Source: an uncultured delta proteobacterium (GTDB lineage: Bacteria > Desulfobacterota > Desulfuromonadia > Geobacterales > DSM-12255). Taken from it: DNA of 64,000 nucleotides. Positions 30,687 through 40,264 of the stretch are shown here, in pieces. Position 1 is the stretch's first letter. Each line of letters starts with the position of its first letter. A program made the translations under genes and the position numbers. The notes beneath the pieces are model-generated. The model did no database searches. It was not told the DNA's origin and was given only the letters and a program-made list of their open reading frames with translations. The stretch spans positions 128,001 to 192,000 of the forward strand of contig CAWBBV010000001.1 in the NCBI GenBank assembly GCA_963787125.1, read 5' to 3'.

Positions 30687-30792
30687 GGAGTCTTTCTTGG
30701 TCAATAGAACGACTATTGCCCTTCAAAATCGACTAAATCTGTCCTCGCCCAGCCGAATTTTCGCTTTGATTTCCTAAGTCCGACAGACTCCT
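30685..30792. mobile_element. Degenerate or internally deleted MITE-like element
   Basis: Ends aggagtct ... agactcct are inverted repeats; right end extends as cctaagtccgacagactcct. Confidence 0.5.
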
Positions 30793-30981
30793 GTGCAATT
30801 TTTGTTCTTTATAGACGCTGGCCGCCCGAAAAACCGAGGCGGGCGGGTCATGGGGGCACCCCGTTACAGATGATCGCGCTTGAGCTGGTAAAGCCGGGCA
30901 GATGAAGTAAATTCAGCATTGACCAATTTAGCTGAATTGGTATACTTGCATGTATATCAATTTAGATAATTGAGGTCAAAT

Positions 30982-32109
30982 ATGTTTCAACGAACTATTG
31001 AGCAGCAGATACGGGAAGGGCTTGGAAAGCCGGGGACAGCATTGATTCTTTATGGCCCACGTCAGGCCGGCAAGACGACACTGGTTAACAGACTGCTGGA
31101 GAGTGAACCAGAAGCACTCTCCTTTACCGGTGATGACCTCTATACTCAATCACTATTGGCTCAACACGAACTGGAACATCTGAAGCGGATTATCGGTTCG
31201 TCTACCACAATCTTTATCGATGAAGCTCAGCGCATTGAGAATATTGGCTTGACTATCAAGTTGCTGGTGGATCATCTGCCGGTTACGGTTATCGCTTCCG
31301 GATCTGCTTCGTTCGAACTAGCGGACCGATTAAGTGAACCGTTGACCGGGCGGGCACGAACCTATCATTTGCACCCACTCTCCTGGGCGGAAGTGGCGGA
31401 TAAATACCGGCTGACATCACCGGAGACAGCACTGGAAGAAATGCTCCGCTACGGCATGTATCCCCGTGTCCATACACTGGAAAGCAATCAGGAAAAGGAA
31501 GAATACCTCTATAACTATCTCAATCACTATCTGTATCGCGACCTGCTTGAATTCGAGCAGGTCAGAAAACCAAAAAAAGTTGTTGATCTTCTGGTACTGC
31601 TGGCCCATCAGATCGGAAAAGAAGTTGCTGTATCCGAACTGTCGAATAGTCTGGGGCTGAGCCAGAAAACCGTGGAAAGTTATCTGGACATCCTGGAGAA
31701 GATGTTCGTCATCGTCAATATCCGCGGTTTTAGCCGTAATTTGCGTAAGGAAGTCAGTAAGACCTCCCGCTACTATTTTGCCGACATCGGTCTCCGCAAT
31801 GCCCTTATTCGTTCGTATGTGCCACTTTCGTTGCGCAGTGACGTCGGCGAACTGTTCGAGAACTGGTTTGTCATGGAGCGCATCAAGCGGGCCGCTAACC
31901 AACGCCGCTTCACCGGTTTCTATTTCTGGCGCACTTATGACCAGCACGAAATAGATCTTGTGGAGGATATTGACGGGCAGCTAACCGGTTTTGAGTGCAA
32001 ATGGTCGCCAAAAACCAAGGTCAAAGTCCCAAAAGACTGGGCTGAAGGATATCCTGGTGCCAGGTTTGAGGTCGTGACTCAGATCTGTTGGAGAGAGTGG
32101 CTGGAGTAA
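30982..32109 (+). CDS. AAA_14 ATPase with DUF4143/PD-(D/E)xK-like C-terminus
   Basis: GPRQAGKTT, FIDEAQ, SGS, LTGR, YF.DIGLRN, EIDLV...FECK. Confidence 0.88.
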   Translation: MFQRTIEQQIREGLGKPGTALILYGPRQAGKTTLVNRLLESEPEALSFTGDDLYTQSLLAQHELEHLKRIIGSSTTIFIDEAQRIENIGLTIKLLVDHLPVTVIASGSASFELADRLSEPLTGRARTYHLHPLSWAEVADKYRLTSPETALEEMLRYGMYPRVHTLESNQEKEEYLYNYLNHYLYRDLLEFEQVRKPKKVVDLLVLLAHQIGKEVAVSELSNSLGLSQKTVESYLDILEKMFVIVNIRGFSRNLRKEVSKTSRYYFADIGLRNALIRSYVPLSLRSDVGELFENWFVMERIKRAANQRRFTGFYFWRTYDQHEIDLVEDIDGQLTGFECKWSPKTKVKVPKDWAEGYPGARFEVVTQICWREWLE

Positions 32110-32392
32110 ATGAAATCTGACACCTCACTTCACTTTGATCAATGCTTTAATAAGCGCGGACTAAATGTTCCGTTTTGGGCAAGGCTAGGGGGACATTCTT
32201 TCTATTTGACTAACTTTGCATAAACTAAAACGGTAAGGTTGGTTGGACGTAGTGAGGTTGGTTGACTCCCATAGACAAGCCGCCAGGCTGCTTGCGCAGT
32301 GCTTGATCTGACTTTAGCCCACCATGCCGCTGTTGTAAAAACTGGCGGATAATGTACAATGACTCAGCCGTAACGGATGAACTGGAGCAGCA

Positions 32393-32617
32393 ATGAAGGT
32401 GACCTTAAAGATGATCGGAGCATTTCGAATGGGTCGTTTCAAGGATACGCTCCATGACTGCCCACCGGGGACGTGTGTTCAGGACCTGATTGCCGAACTG
32501 CAGATTCCGCCAGCTCTTCTGGGGGCTGTGCTTGTCAATGATCTCCATGCAGGCGTCGAATATCTGCTCAATGATGGTGACGTCATAACTTTCTTACCTT
32601 TCATGGATGGAGGGTAG
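32393..32617 (+). CDS. MoaD/ThiS-family sulfur carrier
   Basis: 74 aa, LNDGD...C-terminal GG. Confidence 0.85.
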   Translation: MKVTLKMIGAFRMGRFKDTLHDCPPGTCVQDLIAELQIPPALLGAVLVNDLHAGVEYLLNDGDVITFLPFMDGG

Positions 32618-32663
32618 TTCCCTTGTCTGGATGTCACTCTGAACTAAATATGGAGTCATCAGT

Positions 32664-34496
32664 ATGAAATTTTTAGCTACCGACCCCGCCGCTGAACCGG
32701 CTTCTGTCCTGTATTCCCGCGCTACTGTCGATCTGAAGAGCGGCAGTATTCAGCTGGAAGATGTCCCCTGCCGCAATCTGGAGGATGTTCTGGGGGGCTT
32801 TGGCCGCTCGTTCCAGATTCTGGCCGAGCGGAACATAAGCAGGGCATACTGCGAGGAGAATCCCCTGATTGTCAACACCGGCCTCCTCACCGGCAGCAGC
32901 GCCATGACCGGTATGCGCACCTATTTTTCCGGCTACAGTCCGCTGAAGGCGTCGAAGAAGGGGCTGCCGGGAGCCATCTGGTCTACCGGCAGCGGCAATT
33001 TCGGCGCTAAATTAAAGTGGACCGGTCTGGATGAACTGATCTTTGAAAACCGCTCGGATAAACCTGTCTATGCCGTCATCAGGGAGAGTGTTGACGGCCC
33101 GCAGGTCGAGCTGAAACCGGCTGACCATCTGCTGGGACTCTCGACCCACGACAAGATGATGCTCCTGCAGAAGGAGTATGCCAACGCCCATTTTGCGACC
33201 ATCGGTCAGGCCGGGGAGCAGTGGGAGAATGTCTTCATGGCTGGGGTCGCCCTGTCGACCGATAACCAGCTGAAGTCAGGCGAGGACAAGATGCGCTTTG
33301 CCGGGCGCGGCGGCATGGGGAGCCTGATGGGGTACAAGAACATTCTCGCCCTGGTGGCACAGAGCAGTGACAAGCTCAAGCCGTTGACGCCGGAGGTTCA
33401 GAAGGTAAACATCAACGTCGTCAAAGGTGGCGGGTCGGCACGGCTGCAGCCAATCAGCCGGGGGGGCGGTGGTGGCACCTGGGCGGCCTACGATGTTCTC
33501 CAGGTTTTTCATGCCGTGCCGGTGAACAATTTCCGGCCCCAGGGGAACGACCTGCCGGAAAAGCTGTTCCGGGAGAATGTGGAACAGCAGCTGTTCATCA
33601 AATCAGAGGCCTGTTATCGCTGCGGCATCACCTGTCATAACAATATCCACGAAAAAAACGCAGCTGGCGGCAGCGGCAAGTTTCTCGCCAAGTTCGACTA
33701 CGAGCCGCTCAACCTGCTCGGCACCAATATCGGCATTCACGACGCTGTTCAGGTCGCGCGCCTGATTCATCTCTGCGACAATTACGGCATGGATTCAATC
33801 TCCCTTGGGGTGACCATCTCCTATCTGCTCTCTTACAACGAAAGACATCCGGAAAAACCGCTCCTGAACGGCGCCACCTTCGGCGATTTTGCTAAAATAG
33901 AGGAACTTGTCGAGCAGACCGCCCGCGGGAAACTGCCGGAGATCGGACGCGGCTCCAAGCGGCTCTCCGAGGGCACCGGTGAAACCTCCTACGCCTACCA
34001 TGTCAAGGGGCTGGAACTCCCTGCCTATCAACCGGAAACCAATCCGGGGTACGCCTGGGCAATCGCCGGCGGCCATATGTCCATGGGCACTTACGGCCTA
34101 CTGACCCGTGAAGGAAAATCTGATATTGACTCCTGGGTCGAGGGGATAACCAGGACAAAACTGCAGATAGTCGGGTTCGACATGATCGGTCTCTGCAAGT
34201 TTTTCGATATTACCAAGGGGATCTGCACCCAGATGGTGGTGGACTGCCTCAAGAGCGAGTTCAACCTGGCCGTGACTCTGGAAGACCTTGCAGCCTCGGT
34301 TCGCAGGGCTTTTCTCCTCGGGCTGGCCCTTGAGCTCAGGCAAGGCTATGAGAAGAGCGAATACACCCTCCCTGCTGAAGTGTGGGAGCACCCGAACAAG
34401 AACATCAAGCTGCCGAACATTACCAGTCCGGAATTTATGGCAGAACTGCAGAAAAGGGTCTGGGCGGTCTTCGAGCCGGAGCTGGCAAGGCTTTAG
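32664..34496 (+). CDS. Aldehyde:ferredoxin oxidoreductase family (probably tungsten-dependent)
   Basis: AGRGGMGSLMG.KN, CYRCGITC, DYE, DNYGMDSIS, VKGLELPAY. Confidence 0.88.
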   Translation: MKFLATDPAAEPASVLYSRATVDLKSGSIQLEDVPCRNLEDVLGGFGRSFQILAERNISRAYCEENPLIVNTGLLTGSSAMTGMRTYFSGYSPLKASKKGLPGAIWSTGSGNFGAKLKWTGLDELIFENRSDKPVYAVIRESVDGPQVELKPADHLLGLSTHDKMMLLQKEYANAHFATIGQAGEQWENVFMAGVALSTDNQLKSGEDKMRFAGRGGMGSLMGYKNILALVAQSSDKLKPLTPEVQKVNINVVKGGGSARLQPISRGGGGGTWAAYDVLQVFHAVPVNNFRPQGNDLPEKLFRENVEQQLFIKSEACYRCGITCHNNIHEKNAAGGSGKFLAKFDYEPLNLLGTNIGIHDAVQVARLIHLCDNYGMDSISLGVTISYLLSYNERHPEKPLLNGATFGDFAKIEELVEQTARGKLPEIGRGSKRLSEGTGETSYAYHVKGLELPAYQPETNPGYAWAIAGGHMSMGTYGLLTREGKSDIDSWVEGITRTKLQIVGFDMIGLCKFFDITKGICTQMVVDCLKSEFNLAVTLEDLAASVRRAFLLGLALELRQGYEKSEYTLPAEVWEHPNKNIKLPNITSPEFMAELQKRVWAVFEPELARL

Positions 34497-34603
34497 CCAA
34501 AAAAGACCGGATGCGTCCGATTATGCTTGACGCTGCCATACCGATAGCGGTAAATTAACAATCAGGAAGCAGATCAATCGAACCTTTAAAGGAGATAACG
34601 CCA

Positions 34604-34666
34604 ATGTGGACTGAAAGATTTCGTATTCGCCCGGTATCCCACTGCAAGGAAGGTTGCAGTATTTAG
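34604..34666 (+). CDS. Putative 20-aa peptide MWTERFRIRPVSHCKEGCSI
   Basis: AAAGGAG RBS 9 nt upstream, TTGACG-18-TAAATT promoter-like sequence, downstream terminator. Confidence 0.5.
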   Translation: MWTERFRIRPVSHCKEGCSI

Positions 34667-34695
34667 CTCGCCAAGATAATTGGCGGGCGAGAAGT

Positions 34696-34730
34696 AAAAA
34701 AGCCCCTGCAGAAATGCAGGGGCTTTTTTT
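34696..34730. terminator. Bidirectional intrinsic terminator
   Basis: aaaaaagcccctgca-gaaa-tgcaggggcttttttt. Confidence 0.9.
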
Positions 34731-34764
34731 GTTTTTCAGGTTCTGGCCAGAAGCTCTGTCGTAG

Positions 34765-35286
34765 TCATCTCCAATGATTGTACCTTATCTTATCGCGCTG
34801 CAGACTGCTCTCGGGCTGGCCTGCCTTACTCTCCGCCGGATAACCGATGCCGATCACTGTTTCGACCATGATATTCTCCGGCAGACCGAGCAGGTTACTG
34901 ATAAATTCCGGCGAGCTTTTGCCGCTGTCATGGCTGCGGTTGCGCATCTGTGCCCAGCAGCTGCCAAGACCCAGTGACGCCGCCGTCAGCTGGATAATGA
35001 TTGCCGCGATGGAACAGTCCTCTATCCAGACATCAGACTTTGTACTGTCTGCACAGACAACAACCGCCAGCGGCGCATTGTTGAGAAACCCGGCGCCGTG
35101 CTGCTTCGCTCCGGAGAGCTTTAAGAGCAGTTCGGGATCATCCACCAGAATAAATTCCCACGGATTTAACCCTCGGGATGACGGCGATCTGAGCGCCGCT
35201 TCGATAACTGTTTCGATGAGCTCAGGGGCAACTTTTTCTTTGGTAAACTGGCGGATGCTGCGGCGCTTGCGTAATAGTTCAATCAT
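34765..35286 (-). CDS. Nitroreductase family protein
   Basis: RRSIRQF, SPSS...PWEF, LGLGSCW, IGYP. Confidence 0.92.
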   Translation of the reverse strand: MIELLRKRRSIRQFTKEKVAPELIETVIEAALRSPSSRGLNPWEFILVDDPELLLKLSGAKQHGAGFLNNAPLAVVVCADSTKSDVWIEDCSIAAIIIQLTAASLGLGSCWAQMRNRSHDSGKSSPEFISNLLGLPENIMVETVIGIGYPAESKAGQPESSLQRDKIRYNHWR

Positions 35287-35458
35287 TGGTTACTCCTTCA
35301 CGGATGATTCTGCTGCCGGACAATAGTAACGCAATTAAGCTCAAGGCCACAACGATTGTCTTTAAATATCTGGACAATCTGACCGATAAATCAATATATT
35401 TGGGCGCACAATGAATTGGCGCTGATCGACACATTTTTTGCTGAGCCGAAGGAGAATC

Positions 35459-36616
35459 ATGAAAACCCTTCATCTTGACTGTCAGGCCGGTATTTCCGGC
35501 GATATGACCGTTGCTGCCCTGCTGGATCTTGGTGTACCGTTGGCTCATCTTGAGGCAGAACTGGCAAAGCTCCCCATACCTTTGGGGGCATATGAACTCT
35601 CTGCTGCGCCGACAAAAAGGCATGGCATTGCTGCCCTCAAATTCGGAGTTTCCGTGCAGGAGCAACATTCTCACCGCCACTACAGCGACATAGTGGAGCT
35701 GATCAACGCCAGCAGCCTTTCAGCGCGGGTAAAGGAGCAATCCGGGAAGATCTTTACACGCCTGGCCGAAGCCGAAGCAAAGGTCCATGGCGTAGCCCTC
35801 GCAGCTGTCCACTTCCATGAAGTCGGTGCGGTTGACTCTATCGTCGATATTGTCGGCACAGCCATCTGCCTTGAATATCTGGGGATTGAAACGGTCAGCG
35901 CTTCCTCGCTGCCGCTCTGCAGCGGTTTTGTACAGTGCGAACACGGCCTTTTGCCGTTGCCGGCACCGGCGACTGCAGATCTTTTGAAGGGGCTGCCGGT
36001 GCATGGCGCCAGCGGCACTGGTGAGCGGGTCACGCCGACCGGTGCGGCGATCGTTGCCACTCTGGCAACACGCTTTGGTGCTGCTCCTGCCATGACGATC
36101 GAAAAAATCGGCTATGGCGCCGGGGAAAAGGATTTTCCTGATCTGCCCAATATCCTTCGCGTCTTTTGCGGCACTGCTGCTCACGCTGCCAGGGGGGAGC
36201 AGATGGTTGTCGTTGAGGTGAACATAGATGATTCAACGCCGGAAGTTCTCGGTTTTACGCTGGAGCGGCTGCTGACTGCGGGGGCGCGCGATGCCTGGTT
36301 TACGCCGATCCAGATGAAGAAGAATCGCCCGGCGGTCATGCTGTCGCTCCTGTCTCCTCCGGAAGATGTTGAGAAGCTTGCTGCTATTATTTTCCGGGAG
36401 ACAACGGCAATCGGTCTGCGGAGTTACCCGGTTGAGCGGCGGACACTGGCACGGCGGCTGGAAACGCGAGACACCGCTTTTGGCACGATAAACTTCAAGG
36501 TGACCACGCATGGCGAGAAGCCGGAGTATGAAGATTGCCGCCGTATCGCCATTGAAAAAGGGATGCCGCTGCGTGAGGTTTACCGGCGCCTTCAGAAAGG
36601 AGCTCCGGAACAATGA
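35459..36616 (+). CDS. larC: Nickel-pincer cofactor nickel insertase LarC
   Basis: GISGDM, HFHEVGAVDSIVD, TPTGAA, MKKNRP, KPEYED. Confidence 0.92.
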   Translation: MKTLHLDCQAGISGDMTVAALLDLGVPLAHLEAELAKLPIPLGAYELSAAPTKRHGIAALKFGVSVQEQHSHRHYSDIVELINASSLSARVKEQSGKIFTRLAEAEAKVHGVALAAVHFHEVGAVDSIVDIVGTAICLEYLGIETVSASSLPLCSGFVQCEHGLLPLPAPATADLLKGLPVHGASGTGERVTPTGAAIVATLATRFGAAPAMTIEKIGYGAGEKDFPDLPNILRVFCGTAAHAARGEQMVVVEVNIDDSTPEVLGFTLERLLTAGARDAWFTPIQMKKNRPAVMLSLLSPPEDVEKLAAIIFRETTAIGLRSYPVERRTLARRLETRDTAFGTINFKVTTHGEKPEYEDCRRIAIEKGMPLREVYRRLQKGAPEQ

Positions 36617-37062
36617 CCCTGTTTATCAAACTTCTGGCGACCTGGGGGGGGAGCGGCTACTCGCCCTTTGCATCGGGCACTGCCGGGACACTCGCCGCAA
36701 TCCCCTTTTACATCTGCCTTGCCGGGCTGCCACTGCCGCTTTATCTCCTCACGCTGACAGCTTTCTTCTTTCTTGCCTGCTGGGCCTCGGGCAAGGCCGA
36801 GATTATTTTCGAGGAGAAGGATTCCGGCAAAATCGTTATTGATGAGGTGATCGGCTATCTGGTTACCATGACGGCCATCCCTTGTGACTGGCGCTACATT
36901 ATTGCCGGTTTTTTGCTCTTTCGTTTTTTCGATATCGTCAAACCACCGCCGGCCAACTGGTTCGACCAGAAATTAAAAAACGGCTATGGCGTTGTGCTTG
37001 ATGACGTTGCCGCCGGGGTTTACGCCTGGGCGTGCCTCTTTGTGCTGACGAGGTTTTTGTGA
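36613..37062 (+). CDS. pgpA: Phosphatidylglycerophosphatase A
   Basis: SGTAGT, IVIDEV, FRFFDIVKP, GVVLDD. Confidence 0.93.
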   Translation: MTLFIKLLATWGGSGYSPFASGTAGTLAAIPFYICLAGLPLPLYLLTLTAFFFLACWASGKAEIIFEEKDSGKIVIDEVIGYLVTMTAIPCDWRYIIAGFLLFRFFDIVKPPPANWFDQKLKNGYGVVLDDVAAGVYAWACLFVLTRFL

Positions 37063-37553
37063 CCGCTCTGGACCTGAAAGTCACCGGGCTGCTGCGTGGT
37101 TCAGGACTGACTCTCGCCGTTGCCGAGTCGTGCAGTGGCGGCCTGCTTGCCAAGCGGCTCACAGACATGCCGGGCAGTTCCGGATATTTTCTCCTCGGGG
37201 TTGTGACGTATGCCAACAGCGCCAAAGAGAGCGTTCTTGGCATACCCGGGGAGCTGCTGAAGCTGCATGGTGCTGTCAGTAGTGAAGTCGCCATGGCAAT
37301 GGCCTCAGGGGTCAAAGCACTTTCCGGCAGTGACTTTGCCATTGCCACAACAGGGATAGCCGGGCCTGACGGCGGTACTGGGGAGAAACCGGTCGGAACG
37401 GTTTTTATTGCTGTAGCAGGAGCAGATAGCTGCGAAGCGTTCCGCTACTGTTTCAAGGGTGACCGGGGGATGATCCGGGAAGCTACAGCTGAAACCGGGC
37501 TTGAGCTGCTGCTGCAACTGTTGCACCAATCCATGCATAAGGTAATAGCTTGA
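37059..37553 (+). CDS. cinA: CinA C-terminal domain / NMN deamidase PncC
   Basis: AVAESCSGG, PGSS, GAVS, TTGIAGPDGG..KPVG. Confidence 0.88.
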   Translation: MTALDLKVTGLLRGSGLTLAVAESCSGGLLAKRLTDMPGSSGYFLLGVVTYANSAKESVLGIPGELLKLHGAVSSEVAMAMASGVKALSGSDFAIATTGIAGPDGGTGEKPVGTVFIAVAGADSCEAFRYCFKGDRGMIREATAETGLELLLQLLHQSMHKVIA

Positions 37554-37617
37554 AAAGCTTTCTGAATGTGTGTTAAAACTTTGCAAATATCTGATATAGC
37601 AATCGAGGAGACAACTG

Positions 37618-38628
37618 ATGCAGGAGAGAGAAAAAGCTATTGAGCTGGCGGTTAGCCAGATAGAAAAACAGTTCGGCAAAGGTTCGATCATGCGTCTTGG
37701 CAACGATCAGCCTCTTCCCGATGTCCCGGCGATCCCCACCGGTGCGCTCTCTCTCGATTTTGCCCTCGGTGTTGGTGGTGTCCCCCGCGGCAGGGTTATT
37801 GAGATTTTCGGCCCGGAATCCTCAGGCAAGACAACTCTTGCCCTCCATATCATCTCCGAAGCCCAGAAACTCGGCGGAATTGCCGCTTTTGTCGATGCCG
37901 AGCACGCGCTTGATATCGGCTATGCCCGAAAGCTTGGAGTCAAGACTGACGATCTGCTGGTTTCCCAGCCTGATACCGGTGAACAGGCGCTGGAAATTAC
38001 TGAAACCCTCGTCCGAAGCGGCGCTATCGATGTCCTGGTTATCGATTCAGTTGCGGCCCTTGTTCCGAAAGCAGAAATTGAAGGTGACATGGGTGATTCG
38101 CACATGGGCTTACAGGCGCGGCTCATGTCCCAGGCCCTCCGGAAACTCACCGGCATTATCTCAAAATCCAACTGCTGCGTAATTTTCATTAATCAGATCA
38201 GGATGAAGATCGGCGTCATGTTCGGCAACCCGGAAACGACCACCGGCGGCAACGCTCTCAAGTTCTACGCGTCGGTCAGAATGGATATCCGCAAAATCGC
38301 CACACTGAAACAGGGGAACGATGTTATCGGCTCGCGCACCAAGGTAAAAGTGGTGAAGAACAAAGTCGCGCCACCCTTCAAAGAGGTCGAATTCGACATC
38401 CTCTACGGCGAAGGGATCTCAAAAGAAGGCGATCTGCTCGACATTGCCGTTGATAAGGGGATCGTTGATAAAAGCGGCGCCTGGTACTCTTACGGCAAAG
38501 ACAGAATCGGTCAGGGCCGGGAGAATACCCGTATTTACATGAAAGAGCGCCCGGAAATGTGCGCAGAAATAAGAGAAAAACTCCTTGTAATACTTAACCT
38601 TCCAGGTGCGGCAGCCATCAAGGAGTAG
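37618..38628 (+). CDS. recA: Recombinase A
   Basis: [27 protein letters not shown]. Confidence 0.99.
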   Translation: MQEREKAIELAVSQIEKQFGKGSIMRLGNDQPLPDVPAIPTGALSLDFALGVGGVPRGRVIEIFGPESSGKTTLALHIISEAQKLGGIAAFVDAEHALDIGYARKLGVKTDDLLVSQPDTGEQALEITETLVRSGAIDVLVIDSVAALVPKAEIEGDMGDSHMGLQARLMSQALRKLTGIISKSNCCVIFINQIRMKIGVMFGNPETTTGGNALKFYASVRMDIRKIATLKQGNDVIGSRTKVKVVKNKVAPPFKEVEFDILYGEGISKEGDLLDIAVDKGIVDKSGAWYSYGKDRIGQGRENTRIYMKERPEMCAEIREKLLVILNLPGAAAIKE

Positions 38629-38631
38629 CGG

Positions 38632-39789
38632 ATGGAACTGAACGAAATACTGACCATCGCCGTAAAAGCCAGAGCATCTGATATTCATATCAAGACCGGT
38701 CTCCCGCCTGTTGTCAGGATCGATGGCAAACTCCGCCCGATTCCCAACAGTCACCGGCTTTCCAGTGACGTTGTCATGTTGATGGCGCACTCCATGATGA
38801 ACCAGCGGCAAAGAGAGCAGTTTGACAGTAATTTTGAAGTTGACCTCTCCTATGGTGTCCCGGGGGTTTGTCGTTTCAGGGTAAGCGCTTATCACCAGCG
38901 CGGCAGTGTTGCCATAGTCTTTCGGGCGATCTCTTTCAATATTCCCAGTCTCGAATCTCTCAACCTGCCGCCGATATTGAAGAAAATTGCCATGGAAGAG
39001 CGTGGTCTCATCCTTGTTACCGGCACTACCGGCAGTGGCAAATCTTCAACGCTGGCGGCGATGATTGACTATATCAACGAAAACCGCACCAACAACATCA
39101 TCACAGTCGAAGACCCGGTCGAATTCCTCCATCGTGACAAAAAGAGCATTATCAGCCAGCGGGAAGTCGGTTTCGACACCCTCTCCTTTGCAGCGGCCCT
39201 TAAAGGGGCTTTGCGCCAGGACCCGGACGTTATCCTGGTCGGCGAAATGCGGGATCTGGAGACTATTGAAACCGCTCTCACTGCGGCAGAAACGGGTCAC
39301 CTGGTCATGTCCACTCTCCATACCCTTGATGCGACTGAAACCATCAACAGGATAATTTCGGTATTCCCGCCGTTTCATCAAAGACAGGTAAGAATGCAGC
39401 TCTCGGCGGTCATCAAGGGGGTAATTTCACAACGACTTGTCCCTAAAATTGATGGCAAGGGGCGGGTTCCTGCGGTTGAAGTCATGATCGGCACTGCGCG
39501 GGTCAAAGAGTGTATCGACGACAAGGACAAGACCAAGCAGATCCCTGACGCTATTACGCAGGGCTTCACAACCTACGGGATGCAAACCTTCGATCAGTCG
39601 CTGATGCAGCTCTTCTCGGGCAAATTTATTACTTACGAAGAGGCGCTCAGGCAGTCAACCAATCCGGATGATTTTGCCCTCAAGGTCTCCGGTATCTCTT
39701 CGACTTCAAATAGCTCCTGGGATCAGTTTACCGCGGAAGAACCGGCGGAAGAAACGTCCAATGGCAACTCGAATATTGAAAGGTTCTGA
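38632..39789 (+). CDS. pilT: Type IV pilus retraction ATPase PilT family
   Basis: ASDIH, GTTGSGKSST, EDPVE, LRQDPDVILVGEMRD, AETGHLV.STLH, GMQTFDQ. Confidence 0.92.
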   Translation: MELNEILTIAVKARASDIHIKTGLPPVVRIDGKLRPIPNSHRLSSDVVMLMAHSMMNQRQREQFDSNFEVDLSYGVPGVCRFRVSAYHQRGSVAIVFRAISFNIPSLESLNLPPILKKIAMEERGLILVTGTTGSGKSSTLAAMIDYINENRTNNIITVEDPVEFLHRDKKSIISQREVGFDTLSFAAALKGALRQDPDVILVGEMRDLETIETALTAAETGHLVMSTLHTLDATETINRIISVFPPFHQRQVRMQLSAVIKGVISQRLVPKIDGKGRVPAVEVMIGTARVKECIDDKDKTKQIPDAITQGFTTYGMQTFDQSLMQLFSGKFITYEEALRQSTNPDDFALKVSGISSTSNSSWDQFTAEEPAEETSNGNSNIERF

Positions 39790-40261
39790 AAACCCGTCGG
39801 CCTCTGAGGTCTACTCACGGGCGCTTAATCTGCTTGCCCGCCGTGACCATACGGTTCATGAGCTGAAGCAGAAACTATCCGTAAGGGGCTTTTCCGCTGA
39901 CTCCATAACCACCGCGATTGAAAAACTGAGCGGGCAAAAGCTCCTTGATGACCGACGCTTCGCCGAAAGGTGGGCTGATGCTGCTATCAGAGGCGGTCGT
40001 GGCTACGGTTTAAGGATTTTGCAGGAGTTGCAGCGAAAAGGTGTTTCCCGGGAGATTGCTGCGGAAGTTGTTGCCACGGCAACGGCTGAGCATTTGGAGT
40101 CTGATTCAGTTGCCGCCATCGTTGCCAGAAGATTCGCCGCCTTTGATCCCGCCGGCGCCTCTCAGAAGGAAAAACAGCGCGTATATTCATATCTGCAGCG
40201 CCGCGGATTTTCTATGCAGACCGTAATAAGTTTTTTTATAAATCAGGACAGAGGAGCTTGA
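39761..40261 (+). CDS. recX: Regulatory protein RecX
   Basis: LLARRDH...EL..KL, LDDRRFA, YLQRRGF. Confidence 0.88.
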   Translation: MATRILKGSENPSASEVYSRALNLLARRDHTVHELKQKLSVRGFSADSITTAIEKLSGQKLLDDRRFAERWADAAIRGGRGYGLRILQELQRKGVSREIAAEVVATATAEHLESDSVAAIVARRFAAFDPAGASQKEKQRVYSYLQRRGFSMQTVISFFINQDRGA

Positions 40262-40264
40262 CAG

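Noticed and set aside
32110..32300. Degenerate REP-like fragments (aaatctgacacc; ggttggttgactc resembling gtttgttgactc near 30577)
   Set aside because: Too short and divergent to support as a defined element without a genome-wide search
34604..34666. Peptide as PqqA or an attenuator leader
   Set aside because: It begins MWT like PqqA but lacks ExxxY and pqq genes; no same-strand downstream gene to attenuate
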